DNA from: Acidobacteriota bacterium
Lineage (GTDB): Bacteria > Acidobacteriota > UBA4820 > DSQY01
Direction of reading: 5' to 3'
Assembly (NCBI GenBank): GCA_049967655.1
Contig: JBMFSH010000013.1
Span: 9,661 to 73,660, forward strand
Length of the DNA stretch: 64,000 nucleotides
The notes under the pieces were generated by a model. It ran no database searches and was not told where the DNA came from. It was given only the letters and a program-made list of their open reading frames with translations. How positions within the stretch are numbered: position 1 is the first letter of the stretch; the number at the start of each line of letters is the position of its first letter. Made by a program: the position numbers and the translations under genes. Of the stretch, positions 30,882 to 40,648 are shown in pieces.

Positions 30882-31053
30882 GCCCTAACGCCTTCGTAAG
30901 AGCGCTGCCTCGCCGCGACCCCGGGGGTGAGTCCGGGAGTGGGGGCAGATTGCCCACAACCGCCCGTCGCGCCTGGAGATCCCGGATGGCGATCTTGCCA
31001 GGTACCGTGCCCCACCACAAAGGGCTGGAGTGAAGCTGCCCTGGACTTGAATG

Positions 31054-31260
31054 CTACTCGGCCTTCCGCTTTCCCAGGTTGCAGGTGTTGATGCCCAAAA
31101 GGCTGTAGGGCGGGCACCAGCCCAACAGGGCCGTCAGCAGAGGGATGAGGCCGATGAGCCCCCAGAGGCTCTTGGGTCCCCAGAAGATCAGGCTGATCAA
31201 GAAGAGTCCCACGATTCCCCGTACCACTCGCTCAACAGGGTGAATGTTGACGTTGACCAT
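31054..31260 (-). CDS. DUF2892/YgaP-like small membrane protein
   Basis: N...ER..R...G, two TM segments, GWCPPYSLLGINTC. Confidence 0.9.
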   Translation of the reverse strand: MVNVNIHPVERVVRGIVGLFLISLIFWGPKSLWGLIGLIPLLTALLGWCPPYSLLGINTCNLGKRKAE

Positions 31261-31378
31261 TGCGTTCGCCTCCTAGTTTTTACAATCGTGATTCCCCCTA
31301 CTTTATGCCACCAATCGACTTGCGGCGCCAGCGAAGCGGGGGTACCCTCGCCTTGCAGCCGAGCACGCGGGAGCCGCC

Positions 31379-32062
31379 GTGAAGCAGCCCGTCTACCGAA
31401 ACCCCCGCTACCAGGAAGCCCTCGAGGAGCAGGTGAGGCTCGGGAGGGAGCGGCGGGAATCCCCTCTGCCCTCGCCCCTCCGCTGGATCGGCGGGGCGGA
31501 TGTCTCCTTTCACCTCTACGGCACCACCTTCTGGGGCGGGGTGGTGGTTTGCGACGCTCGCGAAGGGTTTCGGGTTGTGGAGCGGGCCATCGTGAGGATG
31601 GAGGTGGATTTCCCCTACATCCCCGGGTTGCTGGGCTTCCGGGAGGTTCCGGTCCTGGCGCGCGCCTTCCAGGCCCTCACCCTCAAACCCGAGGCGATCC
31701 TGGTGGATGCGCACGGAACCGCGCACCCCAGGATGTTCGGCTCGGCGGCCCACCTGGGCGTCGTGCTCGGGGTGCCCACGGTGGGCAGCGCCAAGAACCT
31801 GCTCTGCGGGAGCTACGACGAACCGCCGCCGCAAAGGGGAGGGTGGTCGCCGATCCTGCTGGACGGCACGGTCGTCGGCGCGGCCCTGAGGACCCGCCAG
31901 CGGGTGCGCCCGGTCTACGTCTCGCCCGGCCACCTCTCGGATCTGCCCACCGCCGTCGCGCTCGTGCTCGCCTGCTCCCCCCGCTACCGCCTCCCCGAGC
32001 CCATCCGAAAGGCCCACGAGGCGGTGAACGAGGCCCGCCGGTCCGGTCCGCCCGCTCCCTGA
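31379..32062 (+). CDS. nfi: Endonuclease V
   Basis: GADVS, PYIPGLLGFRE, VDAHG.AHPR, VYVSPGH and LPEP motifs. Confidence 0.93.
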   Translation: MKQPVYRNPRYQEALEEQVRLGRERRESPLPSPLRWIGGADVSFHLYGTTFWGGVVVCDAREGFRVVERAIVRMEVDFPYIPGLLGFREVPVLARAFQALTLKPEAILVDAHGTAHPRMFGSAAHLGVVLGVPTVGSAKNLLCGSYDEPPPQRGGWSPILLDGTVVGAALRTRQRVRPVYVSPGHLSDLPTAVALVLACSPRYRLPEPIRKAHEAVNEARRSGPPAP

Positions 32063-32128
32063 CTCCCCGTTGCCGGAATCGGATCGGAGCCGCCTCGCCG
32101 GGAGGGGTCCCGCGGGGGCAGACGGGGG

Positions 32129-33307
32129 TCAGGCTCCCTTCAACCTGCGGATGGCCTCGGCGATGCGCGCCTCGGAGGAGCCGAAGCTCAGCCGGAGGAA
32201 GGTGCCGCGCCGGTCCGGCGGGCGCCCGTCCTCCCGCGGCATGCCCCTCAGCAAGAAGGCGGAGCCCGCGACGCCGGCCACGCCCCGGTCCCTCGCGAAG
32301 GCCGAGGCCCAGGTGCGGTCATCCTCGATGCCCAGAGCGCTCACGTCCACCAGGAGGAAGTAGCTGCCGTCGGGATCGCTGGGAATGAAACCGGTTTCGG
32401 CTAGGCCGGCGCGCAGCAGGTCGCACCGGCGCCGATAGGAGGCGGCCATGTCGGTGTAGTAGCTTCCGGGAAGCTTCAGCGCCTCCACCAAAGCCGCCTG
32501 AAAGGGGGCCGGCGCGCAGATGGTGAAGAAGTCGTGGGCCCGGCGGATGCCCTCCATGAGCGGCCTGGGCGCGCAGGCGAAACCGACCCGCCAGCCCGTC
32601 ACGGCGTAGGTCTTGGAGAAGGAGCCGATGGTCACGGTCCTTCCCCTCAGGTCGCCCACCGTGGCGGGCGGCACGTGGTGCAGGCCGGGCCGGGTGATGA
32701 AGGCGTAGGTCTCATCGGTCACGAGGAGGCAGTCGTGGCGGCGGAGCAGCTCGGCCAGGGTTTCCAGCTCCTCGATGCGCCAGACCTTGCCCGTGGGATT
32801 GGCGGGGGTGTTGAGCACCAGCACCTTGGCCCCGGTGAGCGCTTCGTCCAGAGCGGCCGGGTCCCAGCGGCCCGTGAAGGGGTCCAGTTCGAGGAGCCTG
32901 ACCTCGGCCCGCGCCAGCCGGGAGGCGGGGAGATAGTTCTCGTAGATGGGCTCGGGAACGACGATGGCCTCTCCGGGGGCCAGAAGGGAGAGGAGCGTCG
33001 CCATGATCGCCTCGGAGGCGCCGCAGGTGATGACGCACTCCTCCTCGGCATCGTAGGCGAGCCCCCAGAATTCTCGGAGGTGGCGGGCCAGGGCCGAACG
33101 GAGGGCGGGGTCGCCCCACGTCCGGGTGTAGCCGTTCCTGCCCTCCCGGAGCGCTCGCCGCGCCGCGTCCAGAACGGGTTCGGGGGTGGGGTAGTCGGGG
33201 AACCCCTGGGCCAGATTGACCGCGCCGCACTCCTCGGCCACGCGCGTCATCTCCCGGATCAGGGATTCGTCCATGTGCGCCACGGCGGGATTCAGGGCTC
33301 TCTCCAT
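32129..33307 (-). CDS. Class I/II PLP aminotransferase
   Basis: NLAQGFPD, LNTPANPTG, DETY and SFSKTYAVTGWRVG motifs. Confidence 0.93.
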   Translation of the reverse strand: MERALNPAVAHMDESLIREMTRVAEECGAVNLAQGFPDYPTPEPVLDAARRALREGRNGYTRTWGDPALRSALARHLREFWGLAYDAEEECVITCGASEAIMATLLSLLAPGEAIVVPEPIYENYLPASRLARAEVRLLELDPFTGRWDPAALDEALTGAKVLVLNTPANPTGKVWRIEELETLAELLRRHDCLLVTDETYAFITRPGLHHVPPATVGDLRGRTVTIGSFSKTYAVTGWRVGFACAPRPLMEGIRRAHDFFTICAPAPFQAALVEALKLPGSYYTDMAASYRRRCDLLRAGLAETGFIPSDPDGSYFLLVDVSALGIEDDRTWASAFARDRGVAGVAGSAFLLRGMPREDGRPPDRRGTFLRLSFGSSEARIAEAIRRLKGA

Positions 33308-33411
33308 GCCGAGCAGTCTGGCCGGTCGCCTTCTCTCGTGTCAAGGAGAATAGGGTCTAGAACGGGAGAAAGGCCCGGCTCTCCCTTGCTGCAAGACCAC
33401 CGCCCGGCCGA

Positions 33412-33753
33412 TGATCCACGGCTTTTGCACAGGCCGAAGGTGGATGAGGGGCCGCGCCGGGAGATGACTGATGGCGTCGTGCTTCCGAGGCCAGTGGCCG
33501 CAACGAATTGATAAACAAAGGTGAATTTTAGGGCCGGATGGGCGGGCACCGATCGGCGGAGGGGGCTGAAGGAGGCGAGCCGGCCCCCACTTTCCACAGG
33601 GAATTCCACAGGCCTGTTCGGGTGGTTGAGAAAGGGAGACCTCCCGAGAAGTCCTTCTGGATGAGTTCCTTGTCGAACGAGGCGGCGCCGTTGCGTGCTC
33701 GCTATTCACAGAAAACCTGATGCACCGCATGAGCTCTTTGTGGATTTGCCACA
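33412..33753. promoter_or_regulatory. DnaA-box cluster with IHF site (candidate oriC/datA-like locus)
   Basis: About nine 9-mers within 0-2 mismatches of TTWTNCACA, including TTTTGCACA at 33423; IHF consensus TATCAAttcgTTG on the minus strand at 33501-33513. Confidence 0.55.
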
Positions 33754-33797
33754 ACAGTCACGGGCAGATTGAGCGGAAGCTCCAATCCCACGGGGAG

Positions 33798-34736
33798 TCA
33801 GCGGGCGGCCAGCCAGTGCAGGACCTGGGGTTCGAGGCCCCTGGGCGAGGGCTCGCCGAGATCGAGGTCGGGCGGAAAGCCGACGTGGCCTCCGCTGTCT
33901 TTCCATCGCACCGACAGGGCGGGCGATGCCTGGTTCACCCAGGGCTCCACCGACGCCAGCGGGACCATCGGGTCGTTTCTCGACGCCACGAGAAGGGCGG
34001 GCACCTCCAGCCTGGGCAGCAGGGGCCAGACGCTGGCCCTGGCGTAGTAATCGTCCGCTCCAGCGAAGTGGTGCCGCGGGGCGACGGCGAGCTCGTCAAA
34101 CTCCCGCAGCCGGGAAACGGCCTGAATGGCCTCGGGGGGATTGGGAAGCGGCCGCCTGGCGGCCACGGCGTGGTAGGTGTTCTTCAGGGCGGAGAGCAGG
34201 TAGGTCCGATAGAGCCACGAGGCGGGGGCGTCGAGGTTGGCCTGGCAGACCTTCAGGTTGAGCGGCGAGGAGACGGCCGCCACGGCGGCGACGCCGTCAC
34301 CGGGGTGTTCGGCGGCATAGCGCAGGGCCACGTGGCCCCCGAGCGAATACCCCAGGACGAGGGCCCGGCGGTACCTGCGGATCTCCGGGCTCCGAATGGC
34401 CGCCCGCAGATCGTCGGTGAGGCCGGCGTGGTAGAGGTCCTCCCCGCTCCGGTCCGCGCCGCGAAGGTTCATCCTCAGGCAGGAAAGCCCCGCCGCCTCG
34501 GCGGCCCTGGCGGCCCGAAGCGCGTAGTTGCTCTCGCAGGAGCCGCCCAGCCCGTGAATGACGATGAGCACCGAGTCGGCTTGGGGCCTTTCCCGCAGGA
34601 GGCCCGTGATCTCGACGGAGCCGAAGTCGGGATCGGGAACCCGGGTCTTCCAGGGCCTGGCCGGAGGGGCCGGCGAGGGACGAAGGGCGTGATGAAGGCG
34701 CGGTGCGATGGTCCAGTAGTGGCCGTTGAGCGACAC
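33798..34736 (-). CDS. YheT-family alpha/beta hydrolase
   Basis: HGLGG, GYSLGG nucleophile, NDP and GGHVGF motifs. Confidence 0.9.
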   Translation of the reverse strand: MSLNGHYWTIAPRLHHALRPSPAPPARPWKTRVPDPDFGSVEITGLLRERPQADSVLIVIHGLGGSCESNYALRAARAAEAAGLSCLRMNLRGADRSGEDLYHAGLTDDLRAAIRSPEIRRYRRALVLGYSLGGHVALRYAAEHPGDGVAAVAAVSSPLNLKVCQANLDAPASWLYRTYLLSALKNTYHAVAARRPLPNPPEAIQAVSRLREFDELAVAPRHHFAGADDYYARASVWPLLPRLEVPALLVASRNDPMVPLASVEPWVNQASPALSVRWKDSGGHVGFPPDLDLGEPSPRGLEPQVLHWLAAR

Positions 34737-34800
34737 GATTGCTCCTCCTCACACCTTATGGTAGCGCGTGGCGGCCGGTTGCACTATCGGCTCCCCTCCG

Positions 34801-35065
34801 CCCAAATTCCGCGATGCAAACGCGGGTGCCTCCGGCCACCGCACGGGTTCACCGGGGAAAGGCGTTGTCTCCTGGAGGGGGAGGGCCACCATTCCCTCCC
34901 CGTCCCCCGGGCAAAGCCCAATGGGGCCCCACCTCTCCCTTGGCACCCTCTTCGCCTTCGGCTCGACGGCCCCCCAATCCCTCAGTGGGTGTGACACCCT
35001 TTCCCACTGGGCGTGTCCTGTCGCGCCTTCCACGGCTATTCCCCTCCTCCATCGCGGGATTGGGG
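34801..35065 (-). mobile_element. MITE-like element, copy 2 (~265 bp)
   Basis: Inverted copy of 24628-24889 with exact CTCCG direct repeats on both flanks. Confidence 0.88.
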
Positions 35066-36418
35066 CTCCGGGCCCTCGAGCTCGCCCAGGGCGCGCTTCA
35101 GATTCGCCCCGGCGATGCGGTACTGAAAATCGGCGTCCACCTGCTGGGACTGGGCCCGCGCCAGGTTGGTCTCGGCGTCCAGGAGATCGGTGATGGTGCC
35201 GGCTCCCACCTTGTACCGCTCCTCGGCCATCCGCAGGCTCTCCCGTGCGTCCGCGGTGAGCGCCCTCACGGCGAGGACCGCGTTGTAGGCTTCACGGAGT
35301 CCGGCCAGTGCGTTCCAGACCTCCTGGCGGACGGCCAGGGCGACCTGGTCGCGCCGGTCCTCGGAGCGGCCCAGCTCGGCCCTGGCCTGGGCCAGGGCGT
35401 GGCCCCGGGCAAAACCTGTGAAGACGGGAAGCCGGAGCACGATCCCGGCGGACCAGTTCTTGTCCTGCGGAAAATAGGTGCTGTCGAGGCGTCCGTAGGA
35501 GGCGTCGAGCTCGACGGTAGGCCCATAGGCGCTACGGGCGGCCCTCACCCTGGCCTTTCCCGCCTCCACCCGCAGCTCCGCGGCCTTGACCTCGGGGCGC
35601 CTGGCCTGGGCCTCATGGAGGGCCTGGCCGGCGTCCAGGAGCGCGGGAGGATGCACCTCCTCCCCCGCGCCCTGGATGGTCAGGGGTGTATCGGGAGAGA
35701 GACCCATGGAGGCGGCGAGGGCTCCGCGGGCCACCTCCACGCCGCTGGCGGCGTGCACCTCCGCGAGGCGGGCGTTGGCCACTTCCACCCGGGCCCTGAG
35801 GACGTCCGCCAGAGGGACGGCGCCCACCGCCTTCCTATCCTCCGCCAGCCGGAGGTGGTCCTCGCTCCGATCCAGGCTCTGCTTTGCCACGGAGAGGTTG
35901 GCCTGTGCCGCCAGCAGGCCGTAGTACGACGACGTGACGTTGAGCACAAGGTCTTGGGCGTCCTGAGCGCTGGCCGCTGAAGCGGCCTCGCGCGCGGCCT
36001 TGGCGCCGGAGACCGCTGCCTTTCTCAGCCCGCTGTCGAACAGGGTGTAGCTGCCCTGGAGGTCCAGGCTGTATTGGTTCGTGGGGCCGATGACCGGGGA
36101 GATGGGGCCGAACCGGAGGCTCTGGATCGAGTTGGGCAGAAAGGCGTGGCTCTCCCAGCGGCTGTAACCGGCCTGGAGGCCGAGTTGGGGGTAGTAGGCG
36201 GACCGCGTCCCGCCCTCCGACTCTAGGGCGGCCGTCACGCCGGCCCGAGAGGCTTTGAGGGACGGATTGTTGGCGAGGGCCGTGCGGATGCACGAGTCCA
36301 GAGAGAGGGCGGGCGGCGTGTTCGGCGCGGCCCCGGCGGAAGGAGGAGCGGCCAAGACGGCGGCGGCCAGAACCATCAGCGCTGCGCTCAGCGGGGGGAG
36401 GGCGAAGGGCTTGAGCAT
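35036..36418 (-). CDS. TolC-family outer-membrane efflux protein
   Basis: Signal peptide and two OEP repeats (ALANNP, ERYKVG...DLLDAE). The stop codon lies inside MITE copy 2. Confidence 0.92.
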   Translation of the reverse strand: MLKPFALPPLSAALMVLAAAVLAAPPSAGAAPNTPPALSLDSCIRTALANNPSLKASRAGVTAALESEGGTRSAYYPQLGLQAGYSRWESHAFLPNSIQSLRFGPISPVIGPTNQYSLDLQGSYTLFDSGLRKAAVSGAKAAREAASAASAQDAQDLVLNVTSSYYGLLAAQANLSVAKQSLDRSEDHLRLAEDRKAVGAVPLADVLRARVEVANARLAEVHAASGVEVARGALAASMGLSPDTPLTIQGAGEEVHPPALLDAGQALHEAQARRPEVKAAELRVEAGKARVRAARSAYGPTVELDASYGRLDSTYFPQDKNWSAGIVLRLPVFTGFARGHALAQARAELGRSEDRRDQVALAVRQEVWNALAGLREAYNAVLAVRALTADARESLRMAEERYKVGAGTITDLLDAETNLARAQSQQVDADFQYRIAGANLKRALGELEGPEPQSRDGGGE

Positions 36419-36430
36419 GGAAGGCTCTCC

Positions 36431-37561
36431 TTAAGCCAGGGTCTTTCGGAACCGGCTTGAAGCCAAAAGGAGCAGGCCCGTTCCGAGGACCGCCAAGGCG
36501 GCCATCTGGGGCCAGAGCACGGAAATCCCGACCCCTTTGAGGAACACGCCCCGGATGATCACCAGGAAATAGCGGAGGGGATTCAGGTAGGTGAACCACT
36601 GCACGACCACCGGCATGTTGGCGATGGGGTAGATGAAGCCCGACAGCAGGATGGCCGGCTGCATGAAGAAGAAGGCCGTCATCATGGCCTGCTGCTGCGT
36701 GCGGCTCACGGTCGAGATGAACAGGCCCACCCCGAGGGTGCTTATGAGGTAGAGGCCGGTGGAGAGGAAGAGCAGGAGAGGATCGCCCTCGATGGGCACG
36801 TGGAACCACAAGACCGCCACGAGGCTGATGAGGATCACGTCGAGAAAGCCGATGAGGGCGAAGGGGATGGTCTTACCGAGGATGAATTCGAGCCGGCCCA
36901 TGGGCGTCACCATGATCTGCTCGATGGTCCCGATCTCCTTCTCGCGCACGATGGCCATGCTGGAGAGGAGGATGGAGACGACCATCACGAGCAGCGCGAT
37001 GACTCCCGGCACGAAGTAGTCCCGGCTTTCCAGGTTGGGGTTGAACCAGGCGCGCTCCGCCAGGACCACGGGCGGCGGTGGCGGCGGCTGGCCCGTTCTG
37101 AGGAGAAGCTCCTTGGTCAGCACCCGCTCGTTGTAGTCAGCGGTGATCTGAGCCGCGTACTTGAGGACGAGGCTCGCCGTGTTGGAGTCGGTGCCGTCGA
37201 GGAGGATCTGGAGCGGCGCCCGGTGACCGGCGGCGATGGCGTCGCCGAAGCCCCGATTCAAGCGGAGAACGGTCTTGGCCGTGCCGCGGTCCAGCACATC
37301 CCTGACCTGGGCTTCGCTGTGAAGCCGGGCCACCACCTGGAAGTAGCCCGATCCCACGAAGCGGTCGATCAGATCCCGGCTCTGAGGCGTGTTGTCGAGG
37401 TCGTAGACCGCCGTGCGGATGTTGCGCACGTCCGTGGTGACGGCGTACCCGAAGATGAGGACCTGCACGATGGGCACGACGACGATCACGGCACGCATCC
37501 GAGGGTCCCTGAGGATCTGGATGAACTCCTTCCTGAGTATGTGCCTCAACCGTTCCCACAT
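36431..37561 (-). CDS. ABC-2 efflux permease (YbhR-like)
   Basis: RKEF..RD, FNPNL and IVREKEIGTIEQ motifs. Confidence 0.92.
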   Translation of the reverse strand: MWERLRHILRKEFIQILRDPRMRAVIVVVPIVQVLIFGYAVTTDVRNIRTAVYDLDNTPQSRDLIDRFVGSGYFQVVARLHSEAQVRDVLDRGTAKTVLRLNRGFGDAIAAGHRAPLQILLDGTDSNTASLVLKYAAQITADYNERVLTKELLLRTGQPPPPPPVVLAERAWFNPNLESRDYFVPGVIALLVMVVSILLSSMAIVREKEIGTIEQIMVTPMGRLEFILGKTIPFALIGFLDVILISLVAVLWFHVPIEGDPLLLFLSTGLYLISTLGVGLFISTVSRTQQQAMMTAFFFMQPAILLSGFIYPIANMPVVVQWFTYLNPLRYFLVIIRGVFLKGVGISVLWPQMAALAVLGTGLLLLASSRFRKTLA

Positions 37562-37568
37562 GGCCGCC

Positions 37569-38705
37569 TCACGCGAGTTTTTTCTGGAAGAGGACCAGGC
37601 AGAGGCCCAGCATCAAGGCCGCGAAGGCGAGCAGGAAGACGCCCTCGCTCCAGAGCATGGAGGGCCCCACGCCCTTGAGATAGAGACTTCGGAGCAGGAA
37701 AATGCAGTAGCGGGCCGGTACCAGGTAGGTCACGAGCTGGAGAGCCTTGGGCATGTTGGAGATGTCGAACATGAAGCCCGAGAGCAGGTAGGCGGGCAGG
37801 AAGGTGGCCGTCACGGCGACCTGGTTCGCGAGGAGCTGGTTCTTGGCCAGGATGCTGATGAGCATCCCCAGCGAGAGCGCTCCGAGCAGGTAGATGGCCG
37901 CCATGACGAAGACCAGGAAAACGCTGCCTCGCAGGGGGACGCCGAAGAGGAAGCGCCCGGCCCAGACCGACAGGACCATGTCGAGCATCCCGACGACGAA
38001 GTAGGGGACGAGCTTGCCGATCACCAGCTCCGATCCCCTGAGGGGCGTGGAGATGAGCTGCTCCATGGTCCCCGTTTCCCACTCCCTGGACACCGTGAGC
38101 GAGGTGAGGAGGGCGGCGATGAGCATCATGATCACGGCGATCAGGCCGGGCACGATGAAGTTTTTGGACTCCATCTCGGTGTTGAACCAGACCCTCGCGC
38201 GGACCTCCAGCGGAGGCTCGATGGTGCGGCCAAAAGCCCGGCTCGCGAAGGCCAGCCGGAGTTGCTGCGAGTAGCCCTGGACCACCGTCTCCGCGTAGCC
38301 CATGGCGATGGCCGCCGTGTTGGCGTCGCTGCCGTCGGCGATGAGCTGGACCTCCACCGAGCGCCCCGAATCCAGCCATCGCGCGTAGTCGGCGGGGATG
38401 ACGAGGGCGAGCGTCGTGGTGGTGCGTCGGAGAAGAGCCCGGTCGATGGCGCCGTAACCGTTCACGCCCCCCTCCACGTCGAAGTAGCGTGATCCCGCGA
38501 AGCGGCTCACGAGCTCCCGGCTCTGGGGCGTGTTGCTCTGGTCCCACACGAGGAGTGGCACGTGGTCCACGTCCAAGGTCAGCGCGTAGCCGAACAGTAG
38601 GAGGAGGAGCAGCGGCAAGGCGATGGAGATGCCCAGGGCGCGGGGATCTCTGAGAACGTGCAGCGTCTCCTTCCGGGCCACGGCCGCGGTTCGGCGGAGG
38701 TTCAT
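37569..38705 (-). CDS. ABC-2 efflux permease (YbhS-like)
   Basis: RKE...RDPR, DGSDANTA and REWETGTMEQLISTP motifs. Confidence 0.92.
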   Translation of the reverse strand: MNLRRTAAVARKETLHVLRDPRALGISIALPLLLLLLFGYALTLDVDHVPLLVWDQSNTPQSRELVSRFAGSRYFDVEGGVNGYGAIDRALLRRTTTTLALVIPADYARWLDSGRSVEVQLIADGSDANTAAIAMGYAETVVQGYSQQLRLAFASRAFGRTIEPPLEVRARVWFNTEMESKNFIVPGLIAVIMMLIAALLTSLTVSREWETGTMEQLISTPLRGSELVIGKLVPYFVVGMLDMVLSVWAGRFLFGVPLRGSVFLVFVMAAIYLLGALSLGMLISILAKNQLLANQVAVTATFLPAYLLSGFMFDISNMPKALQLVTYLVPARYCIFLLRSLYLKGVGPSMLWSEGVFLLAFAALMLGLCLVLFQKKLA

Positions 38706-39685
38706 TGCGCAAACTCCTGCTGGTTTCCCTCCTCGCGGTCGTGCTGCTCGATGAGGGAGACGAAGACGTCCTCCAGGCTGGGGGCGATGCGCTCGATTCG
38801 CGTGACCGAATAGCCCGCCGATTCGAGGGAGGCCGCCAGCGGCCCGCCAACGGCCCCGGCGTCCACGGCGATGACGTGAAGGTCCTTCCCGAAGAGGGCG
38901 GCCTCCTTCACCCCGGCCACCCCCTCTGCCACCTCCATGGCCTCCTGCGGCGCGCTGCAGCTCACCTGAAGGACCTGCTCTCGCATGAATCGGTCCTTGA
39001 GCTCTCCCGGCGTGCCGACGGCGATGAGCTGGCCGCGGTAGATCAGCCCCAGGCGGTCGCAGTACTCCGCCTCCTCCATGTAGTGGGTGGTCACGAAGGT
39101 GGTCACCCCCGCCCCCGCCAGCTCGTAAATGAGGTCCCAGAAGCTCCGGCGGCTGACGGGGTCCACGCCCGAGGTGGGCTCGTCCAGGAAGAGCACCGGC
39201 GGTTCATGGAGAAGGGCGCAGCCGAGGGAGAGCCGCTGCTTCCAGCCGCCGGGAAGGAGACCCGTCCGCAGCCGGCGGTGTGGATCGAGGCCGGCCATCT
39301 CCAGCACCCAGGCCTTGCGCGCGGCCTTCTTCTCGCGGGGAATGCGGTAAATGCCGCCGTAAAAATCGATGTTCTCCTCCACCGTCAGATCCTCGTAGAG
39401 CGAGAACTTCTGGCTCATGTAGCCGATGTTCTGCTTGATCGCCTCCGGCTGCGTCTTGATGTCGAAGCCCGCCACCGTCCCCGTGCCGGAGGTGGGCTGG
39501 AGCAGCCCGCAGAGCATGCGGATGGTGGTGGACTTCCCGGCGCCGTTGGGACCCAGGAAGCCGAAGATCTCTCCCTTCGCCACCTCCAGGCTGACGCGGT
39601 CCACCGCCACGAAATCGCCGAATCTTCGGCTCAGTTCCTTGAGCGTGACGGCTGGCGGGAGCTTCCCGGGCAGGTCGCCGTTCAT
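38702..39685 (-). CDS. ABC ATPase (YbhF C-terminal-half-like)
   Basis: GPNGAGKST, LPGGWKQ, LDEPTSG and TTHYM motifs; start MNGDLPG. Confidence 0.92.
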   Translation of the reverse strand: MNGDLPGKLPPAVTLKELSRRFGDFVAVDRVSLEVAKGEIFGFLGPNGAGKSTTIRMLCGLLQPTSGTGTVAGFDIKTQPEAIKQNIGYMSQKFSLYEDLTVEENIDFYGGIYRIPREKKAARKAWVLEMAGLDPHRRLRTGLLPGGWKQRLSLGCALLHEPPVLFLDEPTSGVDPVSRRSFWDLIYELAGAGVTTFVTTHYMEEAEYCDRLGLIYRGQLIAVGTPGELKDRFMREQVLQVSCSAPQEAMEVAEGVAGVKEAALFGKDLHVIAVDAGAVGGPLAASLESAGYSVTRIERIAPSLEDVFVSLIEQHDREEGNQQEFAQ

Positions 39686-40620
39686 GCCCCGCCCCCTCCC
39701 ACGGCGGCTATGAAGACGTCCTCCAGGGACGGCTCGGCCACCCGGATTTCGAAGGGGGAGGCGCCGGCCGCGCGAAGGGCGGCCTCTGCGGCGGAGCGGC
39801 CTCTCTCGGCGTCCTGGACCAGCAGGTGCACCTTGTCTCCAAAGACGGCCACCGAGCCGATGGCGGCCTCTTGGAGAACCTTGGAGGACCGCCTGCACTC
39901 GCCGCAGCGGATCTCGAGCAGGCTTCCCTTGAGGAGACCCTTGACGCCGTCGGGCGTGTCGTACGCCAGAAGGCTTCCGTGGTGCATGAGGCCGATGCGA
40001 TTGCACCGCTCCGCCTCGTCCAGGTAGGCCGTGGAGACGAAGATCGTGACGCGCTCCTTGAGCAGTTGGTAGAGGATACGCCAGAAGTCCCGGCGGGAGA
40101 CGGGGTCCACGCCGTTGGTGGGCTCGTCCAAGAAGAGGACCCTCGGGGTGTGCACCAGGGCGCAGGCCAGTCCGAGCTTCTGCTTCATGCCGCCGGAGAG
40201 GTTGCCAGCCCTCCGGCGCTTGAAGGGGGTCAGGTTACTGAAGGCGAGCAGGCGCTCCACCTGCTCCCCGCGCCCCTTCCGCGGGACGCCGTAGAGCTCC
40301 GCGTAGAAGTGGATGTTCTCCATCACCGTGAGGTCGGGGTAGAGACCGAAGCGCTGGCTCATGTAGCCGATGCGCTCCTTGACGGCCTCGGGCTCCTTGC
40401 GGACATCCAGACCGGTGACGAACACTTCGCCCTCGGTCGGATCCAGAATGCCCGTCAGCATCCGCATGGTGGTCGTCTTGCCAGCCCCGTCCGGTCCCAC
40501 GAGCCCGAAGATCTCGCCCTCGGCGACGGAGAGGGTGAGACCGTTGACGGCCGCGAGCTTGCCGAAGGTGCGGGTGAGGCCGACGGTCCGGATGGCGGGC
40601 GCCGATTCGTTCTGGTTCAT
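39682..40620 (-). CDS. ABC ATPase (YbhF N-terminal-half-like)
   Basis: GPDGAGKTT, LSGGMKQ and LDEPTNG motifs; start MNQNES. Confidence 0.92.
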   Translation of the reverse strand: MNQNESAPAIRTVGLTRTFGKLAAVNGLTLSVAEGEIFGLVGPDGAGKTTTMRMLTGILDPTEGEVFVTGLDVRKEPEAVKERIGYMSQRFGLYPDLTVMENIHFYAELYGVPRKGRGEQVERLLAFSNLTPFKRRRAGNLSGGMKQKLGLACALVHTPRVLFLDEPTNGVDPVSRRDFWRILYQLLKERVTIFVSTAYLDEAERCNRIGLMHHGSLLAYDTPDGVKGLLKGSLLEIRCGECRRSSKVLQEAAIGSVAVFGDKVHLLVQDAERGRSAAEAALRAAGASPFEIRVAEPSLEDVFIAAVGGGGA

Positions 40621-40648
40621 GGGTGGCTTGGGCCCTCCGCGCGGGGCT

